This document shows, in pieces, positions 61,450-64,000 of a stretch of 64,000 nucleotides of DNA. Numbering within the stretch: position 1 is the first letter of the stretch; every line of letters begins with the position of its first letter. Origin of the DNA: Chiloscyllium plagiosum. Its lineage: Eukaryota. Under the pieces are notes generated by a model. The model was given only the letters and a program-made list of their open reading frames with translations, did not search any database and had not been told where the DNA came from. Where the stretch lies: positions 68,141,872-68,205,871 of the forward strand of contig NC_057718.1 of assembly GCF_004010195.1 (NCBI RefSeq), given 5' to 3'. The translations under genes and the position numbers were made by a program.

Positions 61450-63695
61450 TCAGTAACTCGTCTAGTCTTTCAGAGACGGCTAAGGCTCATGCCAGGGGGG
61501 TGATCATTTCTTACTCTGCCAGTCAGAAACGACAGAAGGGGGAGCAACAACGCCTGCTCAAGATGCAATTAAAGGAAAGATGGATTTTGACAAGCCATCA
61601 GTTGTTAAGCTGCAGCGGCTTACATCTCTTCAGTCCACCTTGAATTCCTTGCTTACAAAGCAGCAAGGAAGGAACTTTCCTTCACGAAACAAAGACTGTT
61701 TGAACATGGCGACCAGCCGGGCAGGTATCTTGCATATCGAGCCAAGGGAAAGATGGGACTAGGGTGGTCATTTGCGACTCTAAGAAGATCAATGCAGCAT
61801 TTCAGAAATTCTATTTTAAATTATACCAGTCTGAGCATTGTGAGGGTGGATCAGCTAAGATGGAGTCTTTAAAAACCTAGATCTTCCAAGTGTAACTTCT
61901 GAACGGGAGTCTTTTCTTAATGCCCCTTTAACAGGACAAGCGATATAGGAGACTATGAAACAGATGCAGCATGGGAAGACACCTAGCCCTGACAGTCTCC
62001 CTAGCGAGTTTTACAAGGAATTTAGAAGTATATTGTCGGGACTACCGTTAGACGGAAAATGATTCATATGGTCATGACCGTGTCCTGCCATCCCTAAGAG
62101 AGGCTAACATTTCTCTCTTTCTCAAGAAAGGGAAAATTCCAGAAGAATGTGCATCCTATAGGCCCATCTCACTTTTGAACACAGATTTTAACATATTGTC
62201 TGAGGTTCTTGCATTAAGATTGGAAACTGTGCTGCCTTCTGTTGTTAAGGACAATCAGACTGGCTTCATAAAAAGCCGTTGATCCTCCAATAAATGTCAG
62301 GAGGATGCTGAACGTGATTTAAGCTTGTCAGCAGCATTCAGTTCAGGGATTAGTGGTCTCCTTAGATGTAGAAAAGGCATTTGATTGGGTCGAGTGGCCA
62401 TACCTTTTTTATATCCTTGAATGATTTGGATTGTGGGAGGTTTTTATTAGGCGGGTGAGGGTCCTTTATACTGATCCTCTGGCAATGGTTCTCACCAATG
62501 GTGTGAGGTCTAGTAATTTTAATATCTGTAGGGGCAGTTGGTAAGGCCATTACTTTTCACACTGGCGACTGAGCTGCTGGCAGAGGCAACCCGTAAGGAT
62601 CCTAATATAGCCGCCCCGAAAGTAGAGTCTAAATCACATCAGATCACATTATACACAGGTGATGTTCTTGTTTTTCTATTGAATCCAGTGGTCTCTGGAT
62701 CCCATCTGATGCAATGTATCAATTCATTTGGCTCCTTTTCAGGTTATAAGATTCATTTCTCAAAATATTTGAGGTGGACCGTGAATCACAGTTCCCCATC
62801 AAATGGTCACCGGAGGGTTTTCTTTCTTTAGGCATCTTTGTTACTCCTATTTTTGGTTGGTTGTTTAAGGCTAATTTTGCCCATTTACTCGACAAGAGTA
62901 ATCAAGATCTTCAGCGATGGGAGGCTCTTCCAATATCCTGGCTAGGCTGAGTAGCTCTTATCAAAATGAATGTTCTCCCCTGTTTGTTATATCCTATAAA
63001 GGGAGCATTCATATTTTTCCTAGGCAAACATTCCAGAGATTTAGTGGATGGTTTAGCTCCATTATTTGGTGCACAGGCAACCTCTTTTCAAACTGTCTAA
63101 ATTGCAGTTGTCTCAGGAGTGGGGTGGTGGGGGGGGTGGTGGAGGGGTAGTGGGAGTGGATTTCCCAGGCATTAGAAAATGCCAATTAGTTCTCTTCTAT
63201 CTTTTGCCAGTGACTGGGCTTGTAAAGACCCAGTGTCAATATGGCTGGATGTTGAGGCCTCCCAGGCAAAATTAGTCTGCTGTTTTTAGATAAATTGAAG
63301 ATGGTCACAGAATATTGCCATAATCCAATAATTAGTAATGCTGTTAAGGCATGGGGGGCAATGCATCCAAAATGTCCTTTCTTGCCCCTATAGCTGATAT
63401 GCCAGGTTTTCAGCCAGGTATAATGGAACCCAGATTTCAGCTCTGGGCAGCGAGAGAAATCTCCTGTTTGAGTGATTTATTTGAAGGTGAAATAATGATG
63501 TCCTTTGACCAAATAATCCGTAAATTTGGTTTAACTAGTAGAGACTTTTTTTCGCTTTTTTCAGTTCAAGGATTTTATTCAAAAAAGGGACAACGCTTTT
63601 AACCGACCCCTGCAGATCTGTTATGGAGAAGAGGGTGCTTTATGCTAAAAGTACTCTGTCTATTAGTATCCTTTGTCATATGTTAGGGTGTTTTT

Positions 63696-63948
63696 TAGAT
63701 TAGATTAGATTACTTACAGTGTGGAAACAGGCCCTTCGGCCCAACAAGTCCACACCGCCCCGCCGAAGCGCAACCCACCCATACCCCTACATTAACCCTT
63801 ACCTAACACTACGGGCAATTTAGCATGGCCAATTCACCTGANNNNNNNNNNNNNNNNNNNNNNNNNNNNNNNCAGTCACCTGAGGCGGGAATTGAACCCG
63901 GGTCTCTAGCGCTGTGAGGCAGCAGTGCTAACCACTGTGCCACCGTGT
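63696..63948 (-). mobile_element. Young HE1-type SINE containing a 31-N assembly gap (63842-63872)
   Basis: Matches the 30966-31276 copy on both sides of the N run. Confidence 0.9.
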
Positions 63949-64000
63949 GATCTTTCAGAGGATATTGAGCAGCTTTGTGGGGTCTGGGAGAGAGAATTAG

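Larger units (their letters stand above)
58975..64000 (+). mobile_element. L1-clade LINE, decayed, from 5' end (ORF1 about 59158-60010, ORF2 from about 60460), running off the window
   Basis: 5' aagatggtggc; ORF1 coiled coil plus NIHVVGLPDGVEG and ERAHR; ORF2 APE (NVRGI, ETHL, IIIGGDFN, ISDH, WRMD) and RT (YRPISLLNTD, SLDVEKAFD, LYTGDVL). Confidence 0.9.

Noticed and set aside
63842..63872. Internally deleted SINE variant
   Set aside because: The missing part coincides with a run of Ns, an assembly gap.
48000..64000. Exons of a downstream neighbour gene such as TMEM242
   Set aside because: No recognisable non-transposon coding exon found on either strand; small exons could have been missed.
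1..64000. Prokaryote-type systems (CRISPR array, operon, retron)
   Set aside because: Spliced vertebrate gene; no regularly spaced direct repeats; all RT motifs belong to non-LTR retrotransposons.

Overview
Eukaryotic, repeat-rich genomic DNA, most likely from a shark (inferred from HE1-type SINEs and HER1/CR1-type LINEs). The + strand carries the last seven coding exons of ARID1B (BAF/SWI-SNF subunit): 3043/3046-3218, 3661-3811, 8762-8881, 10135-10231, 17233-18016, 38422-38552 and 43596-45350. All have GT-AG junctions and compatible phases, and a 3' UTR with AATAAA at 46515 follows. Introns and the downstream flank contain decayed CR1 LINEs (one nearly full length, antisense), a second CR1/L2-group LINE, an L1-clade LINE, tRNA-derived SINEs, a Deu-domain SINE, two TA-flanked MITEs and Penelope-like element (PLE) remnants with GIY-YIG endonuclease. 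Main observations: (1) about 15 short PLE-terminus insertions in 3-4 sequence families carry minimal hammerhead-ribozyme motifs; many are fold-back hairpins, several have 11-14 bp target-site duplications, and their inversion or truncation points cluster at the ribozyme core; (2) a 120-nt symmetric ARID1B exon resembles an ARID1A segment that I recall as absent from human ARID1B; (3) near-identical inverted SINEs flank the 784-nt exon. Repeat boundaries are approximate and family names come from recalled consensus features, not database searches.
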